From IMG/VR virus record IMGVR_UViG_3300010049_000009, positions 1 through 64,000 of that record: a stretch of DNA of 64,000 nucleotides, one strand, 5' to 3'. Under the pieces are notes generated by a model that ran no database searches, had not been told where the DNA came from, and saw only the letters and a program-made list of their open reading frames with translations. Shown one piece after another: positions 1 to 9,396 of this stretch. A program made the translations under genes and the position numbers. The stretch comes from a virus (lineage: Duplodnaviria; Heunggongvirae; Uroviricota; Caudoviricetes). Every line of letters starts with the position of its first letter. Position 1 is the first letter of the stretch.

Positions 1-27
1 TAATAATAATAATAATAATAATAATAA
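1..27. repeat. (TAA)9 trinucleotide microsatellite at window start
   Basis: taataataataataataataataataa read directly; an antisense-like (TTA)n run occurs at 28936-28956. Confidence 0.9.
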
Positions 28-30
28 ACA

Positions 31-759
31 ATGAAACAGTATACGGATTTTTATAAAACAATGATTGGAAATACCCAATTTGAAGAAATATTGGCGAACA
101 CAACATTTGGTGGTTCTACTGCAATAGATAATTTGCATAAAATTTGTATGGAGTATGTTCTCGGACAAACACAAAGTCCTAAAGAGGTTGTGTATTGGAA
201 AAAGGGTGGACCTAAAAACATAGAATTTCGCCCCGCTTATTTAAGTGAGGAGTACCGTAAAAAATGGAATGTGTCTAAAAGTTTGAAATATCTTGAAATA
301 TGGATGGATGGTCGTAAAATTGACAACAAGTTATACCGTTTTGGTTGGAATGATGAGTGGAGTGAGGGGTATATCTCTATACTTCAAGCAAGGGAAGCGT
401 ATTACGAATCTCATATTACAAAAAAAATAAAGGAACAACGTCATTTGGCTGAACACAAAACTATATTGAACGATCAAGGTAAAATTGTGTTTGTTAATGA
501 AGAAAACTATCTTCGAGATGAACTATCACAAGTAAAGGGGTTTATTTGGAAACGTGGTAAAACGGTATTTAATATCGAAACCAACTTTATTTACACAAAT
601 TTCGGCGACAAATTTTTTACCAGCGATAGATATGCGTTTATTGAAATTGCGTATGCAGGTAACAAATATAACAACTCGGAAAACGAAGAAAATGGTGTTT
701 TACAAATAGACTGTGTGTCGGGTGGTTCAACGTTGTTTGTTCGGTCGGGGCGTAGATAA
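31..759 (+). CDS. hypothetical protein (242 aa)
   Basis: long ORF with ATG start and TAA stop; no recognisable motif. Confidence 0.5.
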   Translation: MKQYTDFYKTMIGNTQFEEILANTTFGGSTAIDNLHKICMEYVLGQTQSPKEVVYWKKGGPKNIEFRPAYLSEEYRKKWNVSKSLKYLEIWMDGRKIDNKLYRFGWNDEWSEGYISILQAREAYYESHITKKIKEQRHLAEHKTILNDQGKIVFVNEENYLRDELSQVKGFIWKRGKTVFNIETNFIYTNFGDKFFTSDRYAFIEIAYAGNKYNNSENEENGVLQIDCVSGGSTLFVRSGRR

Positions 760-761
760 CA

Positions 762-776
762 ATACTCAAATGAGTA
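762..776. promoter_or_regulatory. palindrome ATACTCA-AA-TGAGTA, copy 1 of 3, followed by TATAAATACCCAATAAA (775-791)
   Basis: perfect 6-bp inverted repeat; the same 15-mer recurs at 3985-3999 and 4854-4868. Confidence 0.4.
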
Positions 777-791
777 TAAATACCCAATAAA

Positions 792-1058
792 ATGGTTGAG
801 AAAGAAATAAAATGGATTGAAGTAAAAGATGGTGAGGGGTTTTTTAATAAACCCCCACACACTTTAGGTGTTTGTAAAAAATGTGGTGAGTCTGCGTGGA
901 TTATAAATGCTTGGGTTGAAGGTGCTGACCCCTGTACAAAATGTGGTGGGGTTATGGAACTTAAAAATGTTTTCGGTGGTAAATGTGATACTGCCATAAA
1001 AATACTTACAAATGGTTGCTTCGGAAGCCCATTTATTATAAACAAAAATAAAATTTAA
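792..1058 (+). CDS. zinc-ribbon protein (CxxC...CxxC)
   Basis: CKKCGES...CTKCGG cysteine pairs. Confidence 0.5.
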   Translation: MVEKEIKWIEVKDGEGFFNKPPHTLGVCKKCGESAWIINAWVEGADPCTKCGGVMELKNVFGGKCDTAIKILTNGCFGSPFIINKNKI

Positions 1059-1381
1059 AATAATATGAAAATAGTAGAATGGATAGACAGTAGTATTACC
1101 TTATTTCCAGGTAATAATTGGATTTTAATAACCCTTGCAGTATGGTTAGTCATTAGAGGAATATTATCCCTGTGGGGATACGCAAAACTCGTTAAAAAAA
1201 TAAGATAAAATGACAACAGAAGAAATTAAAAAATGGTTGCAATCGGAAATTGATTTGATTGAAAAGGATTGGGATCAATTTCCACCACAATATTGTGGGG
1301 CTGTTGAAGCAGCGATTCAAACACGAGAAAAAGATGCTAAAATTGAATTATTGTATAGATTAATAAGTAATTTGGAGTAAA

Positions 1382-1600
1382 ATGACAAAAAAACAAAGAG
1401 AATATAGCGAAGCTCGTGCTATCGGACAATATGGTCTGAATAAAAGAGATTACTTTGCCGCATTAGCAATGCAGGGGATGATAGCAAACCCAACTTATCT
1501 TCACCCCACTATACTTGCAGAAAGAAGTGTTGAATACGCTGATGCTGTGATAAAAAGATTAGTAGAAACCGAACCATTCCCGATATATGATGAAGATTAA
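1382..1600 (+). CDS. hypothetical small protein
   Basis: ORF; tight packing with neighbours. Confidence 0.4.
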   Translation: MTKKQREYSEARAIGQYGLNKRDYFAALAMQGMIANPTYLHPTILAERSVEYADAVIKRLVETEPFPIYDED

Positions 1601-1868
1601 AAAACATTTATACGTAAAATACGGTCTTATAACCTTTAAAGACGTTATGCGCATGTTATTTGGTGTGAAAAAGTATTTCTATTTGGAACCCTTCATATAC
1701 ATTAATGGTTGGGGGAAACCCTGTGAAACTCACGAAATGAGTAGCGTGGTGCGTTGGTTGGATAAGAAAACTGTTTCTGAATACAGCGAAGTACGTGCTA
1801 TGAGGTATTGGAATAATATTTTAACGGAAAAATACAAACTCCAAAATTCAGCAATATATTATTTTTAA
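1587..1868 (+). CDS. hypothetical small protein
   Basis: ORF overlapping the previous stop. Confidence 0.35.
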   Translation: MMKIKKHLYVKYGLITFKDVMRMLFGVKKYFYLEPFIYINGWGKPCETHEMSSVVRWLDKKTVSEYSEVRAMRYWNNILTEKYKLQNSAIYYF

Positions 1869-1992
1869 ATCATAATGTATAATATCCCGAACATTATCCT
1901 AATACAATGTTTAATATTTTGAACATTGTATTGTAGGATCGGATTATGATATTAGAATTATATTTTGGTTTAAACTAAAAAAACAATTAAAA

Positions 1993-2568
1993 ATGAAATC
2001 TGAATATAAGTTATCAAAGGATGCGCGAACGCGTCATGTAAATAGTAAGGAACCTGATTTTTTACCTTATTCGACTTTGTGTGTAAAACCAAGTGAATAT
2101 TGGCATAAAACCGTTCAAATGGAGGGGTTTGCTGAACAAATAGAAAATATGTGGAATAGCGAAAATAGTAGTTATACGGAGTTTATCCTAAAATTACCTA
2201 TGCGTTTTCCGTATCGAATGATGCCCACAATAATAAGGGTACATAAAGTTTTCGGTATTGTTAGGGGGGAAGATATTTTTACTAACCGTAAAGTAAATCA
2301 TTTGGAAGTTGAAATTTTGTTTGACTGCGCTGTTACAAGTGTTGTTCGCTTTTCAATTCACATGTACGATTTAAAGGGAAATTTGAATACACGCGAACTC
2401 CTCGAATTGTATATTACAATGGGGTTTGAACAATTTAACAATATATGGGAAGAAACAAATAAACACTTAAACAACGATTATCAAACCGCTCGTAGAGGTG
2501 GTAATGCTATCACAGACGTAAATTACACTAAAGAGGAATTATTGGTGTTACTCAAAGAGTATTTGTAG
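1993..2568 (+). CDS. hypothetical protein (191 aa)
   Basis: ORF. Confidence 0.5.
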   Translation: MKSEYKLSKDARTRHVNSKEPDFLPYSTLCVKPSEYWHKTVQMEGFAEQIENMWNSENSSYTEFILKLPMRFPYRMMPTIIRVHKVFGIVRGEDIFTNRKVNHLEVEILFDCAVTSVVRFSIHMYDLKGNLNTRELLELYITMGFEQFNNIWEETNKHLNNDYQTARRGGNAITDVNYTKEELLVLLKEYL

Positions 2569-2802
2569 ATTGGATAAAAAAGTTGTTAATTTATTAGACA
2601 GTAAAAATTTTAATTAAAATAAATGCAAATGGATAATATGTTCAAAGTAGTGGCAGTAGAGGATGACGGTAAGGTTAATAACCACTATTATCCCACGTTA
2701 AAAACAGCGATAAATGCTGCTGACGCAATTAGCGAGTTCTTTTCAGATGCTGTCGAGGTATTTGATAAAGAAGGCAAGCGTGTTCATTATTAGTGATGGT
2801 AC

Positions 2803-2836
2803 ATCCACCCGATTAAGTTTGGGTGGGTGTTTTTTC
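2803..2836 (+). terminator. rho-independent terminator (CCACCC...GGGTGG + T6)
   Basis: GC stem followed by a T-run, read directly. Confidence 0.6.
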
Positions 2837-2909
2837 CATTAAATTCCGAATAGCATCGGAATAATATTATAAGATTATATTAGATAACAGTATTAACAAA
2901 AAAATAAGA

Positions 2910-3341
2910 ATGGTTAAGAGAAGCGTAAAAGAAATATTAGATAATTTATTGGCAGAAACTCGATTTGAGTTTGCTGTGCTTCATTATTCTGACGGCTGCG
3001 GTTATGTGCAGTGTGCAAAATTCGGGGCAGTAAATGTGGTGGCAACAAAAGACGGTAACATTGAAGTTGTCGTTGATAAACCATGCTCCAGGATAGGCGA
3101 CAACGATTTATTAATAAATCAGTTGTTCGCTTTTTTTGCGTTGAAATATCCTGAATACAAAGGTCATGTTGGTATGGGTTTTCACTCACAAAAAGGGGTT
3201 ATAACCCTGAAAGTACCTGAAAAAGCAAAAATAAACAACATAGTTAGAATACTCCGAGAGAGTTTTGACGACAAAATAGATGGTTATTGTTGGAAGACCG
3301 AATATTTGGAGTTGGTGGCAAAAAGAATATTAAACAGTTAG
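2910..3341 (+). CDS. hypothetical protein (143 aa)
   Basis: ORF. Confidence 0.5.
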   Translation: MVKRSVKEILDNLLAETRFEFAVLHYSDGCGYVQCAKFGAVNVVATKDGNIEVVVDKPCSRIGDNDLLINQLFAFFALKYPEYKGHVGMGFHSQKGVITLKVPEKAKINNIVRILRESFDDKIDGYCWKTEYLELVAKRILNS

Positions 3342-3343
3342 AT

Positions 3344-3583
3344 ATGCACTATTTTTGTATTAATGATACGTTGTATCGAATGACCGAAAAAAACTTTAAA
3401 CGGTTATGTAAGAAATATCCTATGAAAAAGTATCCGAATGATTATGAAACGGAACAATCATATATTCATAAAATAGGACAAGCCACTAGGTTTGATGAAG
3501 GTTCTACTCATGAGGAATGTTTAGATTGGATTATTGATAATTCAAAATTAGTGAATCAAGTTGTTCATGTTCATAATTATTAA
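3344..3583 (+). CDS. hypothetical protein (start moved to the internal ATG, MHYFCIN...)
   Basis: the track ORF 3287-3583 overlaps the upstream gene; the internal Met follows the upstream stop. Confidence 0.4.
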   Translation: MHYFCINDTLYRMTEKNFKRLCKKYPMKKYPNDYETEQSYIHKIGQATRFDEGSTHEECLDWIIDNSKLVNQVVHVHNY

Positions 3584-3600
3584 TTTAAAACCAAAATAAT

Positions 3601-3819
3601 ATGCCGATAGTTGAACAAGCACCATTAGTAGTGTGTGATATATGTGAAAAAAAGGAAGTGATGACGACTAATTCCTATATGTATCAATTTTGGAAAATAA
3701 GTCTGAAACAAATGTATTGTTCGGGAAAAACCCGACAGTATCATAATGACGAATGGGGTATTCAAAAGGATTATATCCTGTGTACCGATTGTAAAAACAA
3801 ACTAATAAATTTGAAGTAA
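3601..3819 (+). CDS. zinc-ribbon protein
   Basis: CDICEKK...CTDCKNK. Confidence 0.45.
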   Translation: MPIVEQAPLVVCDICEKKEVMTTNSYMYQFWKISLKQMYCSGKTRQYHNDEWGIQKDYILCTDCKNKLINLK

Positions 3820-3984
3820 TGGATACAAAAAATTTGTTTTCATCAACTAGTTTTTTGGTGTGTGGAATTACCAACACAGTGTTTCTACATTTAACACAAC
3901 AATTTTTCTTTGTTGGTGTTGTTGCGTTTTTTCTATTGATGCTTTATCTCCAAGTACATTTTAAGAATAAACCTTGATTGTACT

Positions 3985-3999
3985 ATACTCAAATGAGTA
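3985..3999. promoter_or_regulatory. palindrome ATACTCAAATGAGTA copy 2; its internal ATG (3993) is the likely start codon
   Basis: identical 15-mer; the track start at 3978 is a TTG. Confidence 0.4.
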
Positions 4000-4199
4000 C
4001 ATATATGAAGTTAGAAAACATAGAAACAGAAAAATATAAAGTAAAGAAACTCGGTCGAAACGAAGCATGTATCGGTGGATTACTTGTTAAAGTTGTTGAG
4101 AATAAAATCTCACCAACCAACACTTTTAAAGACGCTGAAATTGGTTCGGTACTTGACCTATGGGGTAAATTGAACGGAGTAAGATTAATTTTAACATAA
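3993..4199 (+). CDS. hypothetical protein (MSTYMK...)
   Basis: ORF; the first ATG is in frame, 15 nt after the TTG used by the track. Confidence 0.4.
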   Translation: MSTYMKLENIETEKYKVKKLGRNEACIGGLLVKVVENKISPTNTFKDAEIGSVLDLWGKLNGVRLILT

Positions 4200-4210
4200 A
4201 AATAAAGAAA

Positions 4211-4432
4211 ATGTTTGTAATTGAAAAAATTGAAAATTTATATACCGATATTCTTGAAAAAGAAATTATTGGTTACGCTGATTCGGAAGCGCAAGCATGT
4301 GTTTCACTTTTACGCCTAAAACGTGAACAAGTAATGGGTGGAAAAACCTATGTGGGTGGAAATGGGGAAGATTATCCTCAATATAATTATTATACAATTC
4401 CCCATATAGATCAGATTCGTATTTATCATTAA
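4211..4432 (+). CDS. hypothetical protein
   Basis: ORF. Confidence 0.4.
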   Translation: MFVIEKIENLYTDILEKEIIGYADSEAQACVSLLRLKREQVMGGKTYVGGNGEDYPQYNYYTIPHIDQIRIYH

Positions 4433-4444
4433 ACAAAAAATAAA

Positions 4445-4819
4445 ATGAAAGTAGAAGTTGAAATAAAAACACAACTCACTGTTGAGTTTGACGAAAACTC
4501 CAAAGAATTTTTGGAATTATACAAAAAATATTGGAGTAAAGATACTGAAAATATTAAAGATAAGGATTATCGGTATTTCGCTGAAAGTATGGCTGAAAAA
4601 CTTATGCTTGGCAATGTAGATAATTTTTATCAATTCATTGAACTTGATGCTGGTGGAAATGAAACCGGTTGTTTAAAAATAAATGGGGAAGCAGTTGGTT
4701 ATAGTGAAGACGAGGAAATACCCAATTCCCCCATTAATTTTATTATCCCACAATTTGATAGGGGGGGTAGTGATGTTTTTCTTCATTGGGATACCGATTC
4801 ATATATCATAGAAGAATAA
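4445..4819 (+). CDS. hypothetical acidic protein
   Basis: ORF. Confidence 0.5.
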   Translation: MKVEVEIKTQLTVEFDENSKEFLELYKKYWSKDTENIKDKDYRYFAESMAEKLMLGNVDNFYQFIELDAGGNETGCLKINGEAVGYSEDEEIPNSPINFIIPQFDRGGSDVFLHWDTDSYIIEE

Positions 4820-4853
4820 TATGATAATAGAATGGTAGAAGGCATTGGTAATA

Positions 4854-4868
4854 ATACTCAAATGAGTA
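4854..4868. promoter_or_regulatory. palindrome ATACTCAAATGAGTA copy 3, between convergent genes
   Basis: identical 15-mer. Confidence 0.35.
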
Positions 4869-4871
4869 CTA

Positions 4872-5165
4872 TTACAATTTGAGTGTTGAACCTAGTGAAC
4901 GTTTTATTGTGGATACTTCTTGATCGTTTAGAGCGATTTCACCCCTAACTTTTTTGGATAGGAGGCTTCGAGCGGTGTCTTCATCCATACCCGACCACAC
5001 GGTTTTAATTAAAGCACGAGCAACTTCTGCTTGATTTATACCAGGTTGTTTAAGTTGGGCAATAAGTTTTGCTCTTTCACCGGTTGCTTCACCTTCGGTT
5101 AGTGCTTGTCTAACCTTACTTTCTATGATTTGTTTTAATTGACTTTCTGTTATTTGAACTTTCAT
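4872..5165 (-). CDS. hypothetical protein (start at MKVQITE...)
   Basis: ATG at 5163-5165 lies 15 nt downstream of the conserved CTATTTATATTAAA motif; the track extends further to 5231. Confidence 0.4.
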   Translation of the reverse strand: MKVQITESQLKQIIESKVRQALTEGEATGERAKLIAQLKQPGINQAEVARALIKTVWSGMDEDTARSLLSKKVRGEIALNDQEVSTIKRSLGSTLKL

Positions 5166-5260
5166 GACGATTAATTGTTTAATATAAATAGAACTATTTG
5201 TGAAATCGAAACTGAAATAGTATCTTTCCATTAAATAAAACTCTTAAAATAATAGGTGTT

Positions 5261-5452
5261 ATGGATGATATTCAAATAGTAGTCAAATTTCAAAGGAACA
5301 AGGGTGTTTACGTTAATTTTGAGAGCGTGAACAAGAAGAAAGTAGATTGGGATAGTATAACTGACGAACAGTATATTAATATGATGGAAGTTGCTATCAC
5401 AACAATTGCTGATTGGCGTGAGAAATATATAGCAATACCGGAAGTAGCATGA
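5261..5452 (+). CDS. hypothetical small protein
   Basis: ORF. Confidence 0.35.
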   Translation: MDDIQIVVKFQRNKGVYVNFESVNKKKVDWDSITDEQYINMMEVAITTIADWREKYIAIPEVA

Positions 5453-5631
5453 CAATGGATGTTGAAACCTTTGAAGGTATGGCGCGTGATAGTTTGGTGG
5501 AGTTTAAAAATCGTTGGTTGAACGCTGTTAAATTTAACGATACTATTTATCCAATAGAATTACCGAGTTTTCCCGATTGGTTAGATATTTTCAAACATTG
5601 GTGCGAAACAGACGAAATATGTCTTACATAG
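5449..5631 (+). CDS. hypothetical small protein
   Basis: ORF ending at TAG 5629-5631, directly before the tRNA. Confidence 0.35.
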   Translation: MTMDVETFEGMARDSLVEFKNRWLNAVKFNDTIYPIELPSFPDWLDIFKHWCETDEICLT

Positions 5632-5706
5632 AGCGGTGTATTTCAATGGTTAGAATGACGGTCTCCAAAACCGTAGATGGGAGTTCGAGTCTCTCCACCG
5701 CTGCCA
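5632..5706 (+). tRNA. trnW: tRNA-Trp (anticodon CCA), with encoded 3' CCA
   Basis: acceptor stem AGCGGTG/CACCGCT, anticodon stem ACGGT/ACCGT, loop CTCCAAA, T-arm GGGAG-TTCGAGT-CTCTC, all folded by eye. Confidence 0.8.
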
Positions 5707-5748
5707 AGTGGGTTTAACACCCCCTGTTATTCATATTTTTTAAGAAAA

Positions 5749-5783
5749 AACCCCACTCAATATGAATGGGGTTTTGTTTTTTC
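5749..5783 (+). terminator. rho-independent terminator after tRNA-Trp
   Basis: CCCCACTCA...TGAATGGGG stem followed by TTTTGTTTTTT. Confidence 0.65.
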
Positions 5784-5836
5784 TCATAATTAACCCAAGG
5801 TGAAAAAAAAATAAATAAGAAGTTTTTTGACAAACT

Positions 5837-6976
5837 TTATTTTTTGGGTTGTAATAGTTGTTTTGTTTTGTTACGTAAATCTTTTTGAATTGACGATTCG
5901 TTTATCGTGCTTCCACCGACCGCTTTTCTTGTGTCATATTCCCACAAATTTTTCATTCTTTCCAAATCTTTTCTTGCTTTTACAACATTCTTGTATTCAA
6001 GAACAAGTGCTTGTTTGTTAATATCACACTCTATTAGATATTCGTTACCGGCGTTGTCAATCATAACAAATTTGTTGCCGGGTGTTTTGTATTGTTCAGC
6101 TATCAACGATTTAGCGTGATTTTCATTAATGAAAGTGAGTTTCTTGAAGATAAGACGTTTGGTTTTATTTTCAGACACTTCCTTTTTATCTTCCTTTTCT
6201 TCGGTAGTAACAGCATCAACCACTTTTTTACCTGCTTCATCTCCTGCCGAAGCAGCAGCAGATGTTGCCATTTGTTTTGCCATAGGTGCAGCGGCTCTTG
6301 CGCCGGCAGCAACTAATGGTGCAACTTCTGTAAGCATTTCAGCACCTTGTCTCACCATTTTATCTTCTTTAACAACTTGTTTGAATTTTGAAACCGCCAA
6401 AGAATATTTTTTACCTGACTCATCTATAAAATTGATACGCGTTTTGTCTTCGTTCAATCCTGTAACTTTTAAGTTCAGATTGTCTTTTACGAAAATATCA
6501 CCAACTTTGACTTTACCTTCGGTTGCAAATTGTGGTTTGGATTTAGGTGGGTGAGCAATCCTATCTTTTATTTGTGTTGCACCCGATATTTCAGCATACT
6601 TTTTATTGTCCGCTGCCATTTTATCGAAAAACTTCTCATTTCCCTTTGCGTCAACGCCAGCCGCTGTAACATCAATATCCGCCTGTTCAGGGGATGCTTT
6701 ACCTTGAACCAATGCTTTTACCCTTTCTTGATATTTTTTATCAATTCGGTCATAGTTCAAATTCAATGCGTTTCTACCTGACGGTGGTTGTTCACCTCTA
6801 TAACCGTCTATCTGTGTAGAACTTTTTGTGGGCGTTGAATCGTCAATGCGTTCTTCGGCATCCTTTTCAACATTTTTACTCTCTTTCTCATTTTCAGAAC
6901 GAATATCAGTAAAAAGTTTTTCTTCCACAGCCTCATTAACCAAGGCTTTCAAATCTGCTAAACTAATTGTAGCCAT
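5837..6976 (-). CDS. Lys/Glu-rich protein with a C-terminal ~50-aa GLNEDKTR domain and an Ala/Gly-rich segment (possible virion internal or scaffold protein)
   Basis: the track start 7039 is a TTG; ATG at 6976 (MATISLADLK); the domain is shared with the 23575-23982 product. Confidence 0.5.
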   Translation of the reverse strand: MATISLADLKALVNEAVEEKLFTDIRSENEKESKNVEKDAEERIDDSTPTKSSTQIDGYRGEQPPSGRNALNLNYDRIDKKYQERVKALVQGKASPEQADIDVTAAGVDAKGNEKFFDKMAADNKKYAEISGATQIKDRIAHPPKSKPQFATEGKVKVGDIFVKDNLNLKVTGLNEDKTRINFIDESGKKYSLAVSKFKQVVKEDKMVRQGAEMLTEVAPLVAAGARAAAPMAKQMATSAAASAGDEAGKKVVDAVTTEEKEDKKEVSENKTKRLIFKKLTFINENHAKSLIAEQYKTPGNKFVMIDNAGNEYLIECDINKQALVLEYKNVVKARKDLERMKNLWEYDTRKAVGGSTINESSIQKDLRNKTKQLLQPKK

Positions 6977-7044
6977 ACTCTTATTTTTTTTTAGTGATAA
7001 TTTATTATAAATAGCAGTGTTTTCAAATAATAACTGCAAACCAA

Positions 7045-7081
7045 TAAAAAAGGACTCACTAATAAGTGAATCCTTTGTTTT
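7045..7081. terminator. bidirectional hairpin terminator (AAAGGACTCAC...GTGAATCCTTT flanked by A-run and T-run)
   Basis: stem-loop with A-run on one side and T-run on the other. Confidence 0.5.
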
Positions 7082-7096
7082 CGCATTGTTCCGGGA

Positions 7097-7384
7097 TTAT
7101 CCTTCGTCTTCTTCCTCTTCTTCGTAATCGAGATATGAGTCGAAAATGATTTCGTCGCTAAGGATTTCAGGCTTACCGCAAGAAATAACCACTACTTCTT
7201 TTTCTGTTGTGCCGCAATGGTTAGTTAAACTAAACGTTACAGGAAATTCACCATATTCAGTAGGATTACCGAATAATTCACCTGTTGCTTCGTCTAATTG
7301 TACGCCAGCTGGTAATACACCACTAACAAGTTTCCACTCACCAGGGGAGCCTCTAAACAATATTTGTTCTCTTTGTTCTTCCAT
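7097..7384 (-). CDS. putative Ig-like domain (He_PIG-type) protein, 95 aa
   Basis: GEWKLVSGVLPAGVQLDEATGELFGNPTEYGEFPVTF matches the 'putative Ig domain' signature; paralogue of the 22263-22952 product. Confidence 0.5.
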   Translation of the reverse strand: MEEQREQILFRGSPGEWKLVSGVLPAGVQLDEATGELFGNPTEYGEFPVTFSLTNHCGTTEKEVVVISCGKPEILSDEIIFDSYLDYEEEEEDEG

Positions 7385-7594
7385 GACTGTAATTTATTAT
7401 AAGATTATTATTATATTATTTTTTACAATAATAAATAGTGGAAAAAAAACAATTAATTATTGGTGGTGGTAAAATTCGGAAAGATTTTTTCTTCATGTTG
7501 TTTGTCATTAAAAAACGTTGTTTGTCAAAATATATCTAAAAAACTATTTTATGTAAATATTTATACTCGGTAATAATAAATAAATTTAAACAAA

Positions 7595-8665
7595 ATGAAA
7601 AGATTTTTTATGTATTTGGTAGCAGTAATGGTATTATTTACTGCGTGTGCGAAGGATGCTTTGCAGGATGAATCAGCTTTGAAAAGTGCGCAAAACATTG
7701 CAAAGGCTGTTGATGTGAAAACAATACTTTCAACTCATGGTGAGTGTATTGCGGATTTTAACGACATTGGTTATGACCAACAATGGTTTAACAAATTCGG
7801 AAAACAATTGAACGGTTCGGGTTTCCACAAAGTGGATAACGGAGTTAATTTTGAAAAGAAGGGTAACGATACGTGGTTACATTTTGATGAAGAAAACGAA
7901 GCGGGTATAGTAACCGTTGCTTATAAGAATGGTAATTATTTTGCGTTCTTCAATTTTGACGCACAGTGTTTAGCGGGTCAATCGGTGTATTTTGACGGTA
8001 AGATTTACAGTGTATTAAAATGGGATTATGATGCGGAAGGAAGTTTTGCGAAAATTGAATGTCCTTATCCTGATACCGATTTCACTGAGTTGTTTGATAA
8101 TATTGTGTTCGTACAAGAAATGGGGTTAGTAAATGGACAAGCGTGTTATACAGAAGATTCGTGGGCAACATTGTGGTTAGCACTTCAAACCGCTGCTGCT
8201 TTAACAACTGAAATATGTGTATCACAAGAAGACGTTGACGCTGCTGCAAAGGATTTAATGGATGCGTTTGACGCTTTAATTTACAAGGTAACTGCTGACG
8301 CTTTCTTCATTAATTTGAATAACCTTACAAATCAGGTTTCCCAATCCATTAAAGAAACGTATGTATATCCATTCTTCCCTGATATGACCGATGATGAAAT
8401 TGAATCGAAATATGGTGGTGGTGCACAAAGAACGTTGGTTGTATTAACCTTATTCAATGATTGTTTATACACACCATTCGGAACAGTAAAATCATGGCTT
8501 GCAGAGGGCACACAAGGCGACAGCGGTACAACGGGTGTGAACACCTTTGCTGATGACAATGTAATTGTAACCGTTAATCATAGCGCACGTTCAGGTGAAC
8601 AAGTATTTTCTTGTACCTACGGTTCTTTTGTTTATAAAGGAAATCCGGTTGTAACTTTGAAGTAA
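7595..8665 (+). CDS. secreted lipoprotein (356 aa), function unknown
   Basis: N-terminal signal with a lipobox LFTAC-AKD. Confidence 0.55.
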   Translation: MKRFFMYLVAVMVLFTACAKDALQDESALKSAQNIAKAVDVKTILSTHGECIADFNDIGYDQQWFNKFGKQLNGSGFHKVDNGVNFEKKGNDTWLHFDEENEAGIVTVAYKNGNYFAFFNFDAQCLAGQSVYFDGKIYSVLKWDYDAEGSFAKIECPYPDTDFTELFDNIVFVQEMGLVNGQACYTEDSWATLWLALQTAAALTTEICVSQEDVDAAAKDLMDAFDALIYKVTADAFFINLNNLTNQVSQSIKETYVYPFFPDMTDDEIESKYGGGAQRTLVVLTLFNDCLYTPFGTVKSWLAEGTQGDSGTTGVNTFADDNVIVTVNHSARSGEQVFSCTYGSFVYKGNPVVTLK

Positions 8666-8685
8666 TTTCTTACATTCATATAAAC

Positions 8686-8721
8686 AAAAAATCCGATATA
8701 TTTCATATCGGATTTTTTTTG
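8686..8721. terminator. bidirectional rho-independent terminator (AAAAAATCCGATAT...ATATCGGATTTTTTTT)
   Basis: perfect 8-bp stem with A-run and T-run flanks. Confidence 0.65.
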
Positions 8722-8737
8722 TTACTCTACATAGTAT

Positions 8738-9118
8738 TTAATATACTATTTCAATGAAATTAAACTTTAATTTAATGATAAAGGCATACTCCTCTCCCGA
8801 TTCTAACATATCGTCATCATCGTGTTCATAAAACCAATTGATTGTTACACCCTTGTTGGTTTCATTAACTTTTTCCAATTTCTTGAAAACATCTAATAAA
8901 CATTTGGAAGTACCTGTATTAAAGTATTCCAATTTTATGTTGACGATTGTTTCCGGTTTTGCTGTTTTAACATAACCGTCTATCCATTCGACCAGGGGTA
9001 TGAAAAAATCAATTGAATTTTCAAGAAGTGACCTTCCTTTAATTTCAAGTAATCCCTGTTCAGCATCAAATACAATAGTCGGGGTTCGTGCCGTTCCTTC
9101 TAATATTAGTGTGTCCAT
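8738..9118 (-). CDS. DUF1987/SiaC-like partner-switching protein (126 aa)
   Basis: LEGTARTPTIVFDAEQGLLEIKGRS...PLVEWIDGYV...IKLEYFNTGTSKCLLDVF...NWFYEHDDDDMLESGEEY recalls the DUF1987 (SiaC) consensus, including a Thr-rich phospho-site region. Confidence 0.4.
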   Translation of the reverse strand: MDTLILEGTARTPTIVFDAEQGLLEIKGRSLLENSIDFFIPLVEWIDGYVKTAKPETIVNIKLEYFNTGTSKCLLDVFKKLEKVNETNKGVTINWFYEHDDDDMLESGEEYAFIIKLKFNFIEIVY

Positions 9119-9168
9119 GTTGTTAAAAATAATTCTGAATTAATTTCTTATAAATAGAATCATTTTAC

Positions 9169-9384
9169 CTACACAAGTCCCAAATTCTTCAAATAGTTAT
9201 ATTCATCGCTTCCCTCTTCAACGGTTTCTATTTGATAGTTTTGAAGGCGTTTGGCAACGTGTTTTAAATATTCTAACTCTTCCTCACCCATTGCACAGTT
9301 GGGGATACAAGTATTAAGGTGCGACAATAACCTTGTGGCAAAGGTTTTATCACCCCAAACTAATCTATCATTCTTTTCTATCAT
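9169..9384 (-). CDS. hypothetical small protein
   Basis: ORF. Confidence 0.35.
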   Translation of the reverse strand: MIEKNDRLVWGDKTFATRLLSHLNTCIPNCAMGEEELEYLKHVAKRLQNYQIETVEEGSDEYNYLKNLGLV

Positions 9385-9396
9385 TTTATTTATGTT

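Noticed and set aside
3978-7039. Track start codons at 3978, 7039 and probably 5231
   Set aside because: 3978 and 7039 are TTG triplets, and the sequence between them and the first ATG contains the conserved upstream promoter-like motif or the palindrome. Starts were moved to 3993, 6976 and 5165. For 55858 the TTG was kept because no in-frame ATG occurs for 42 codons.
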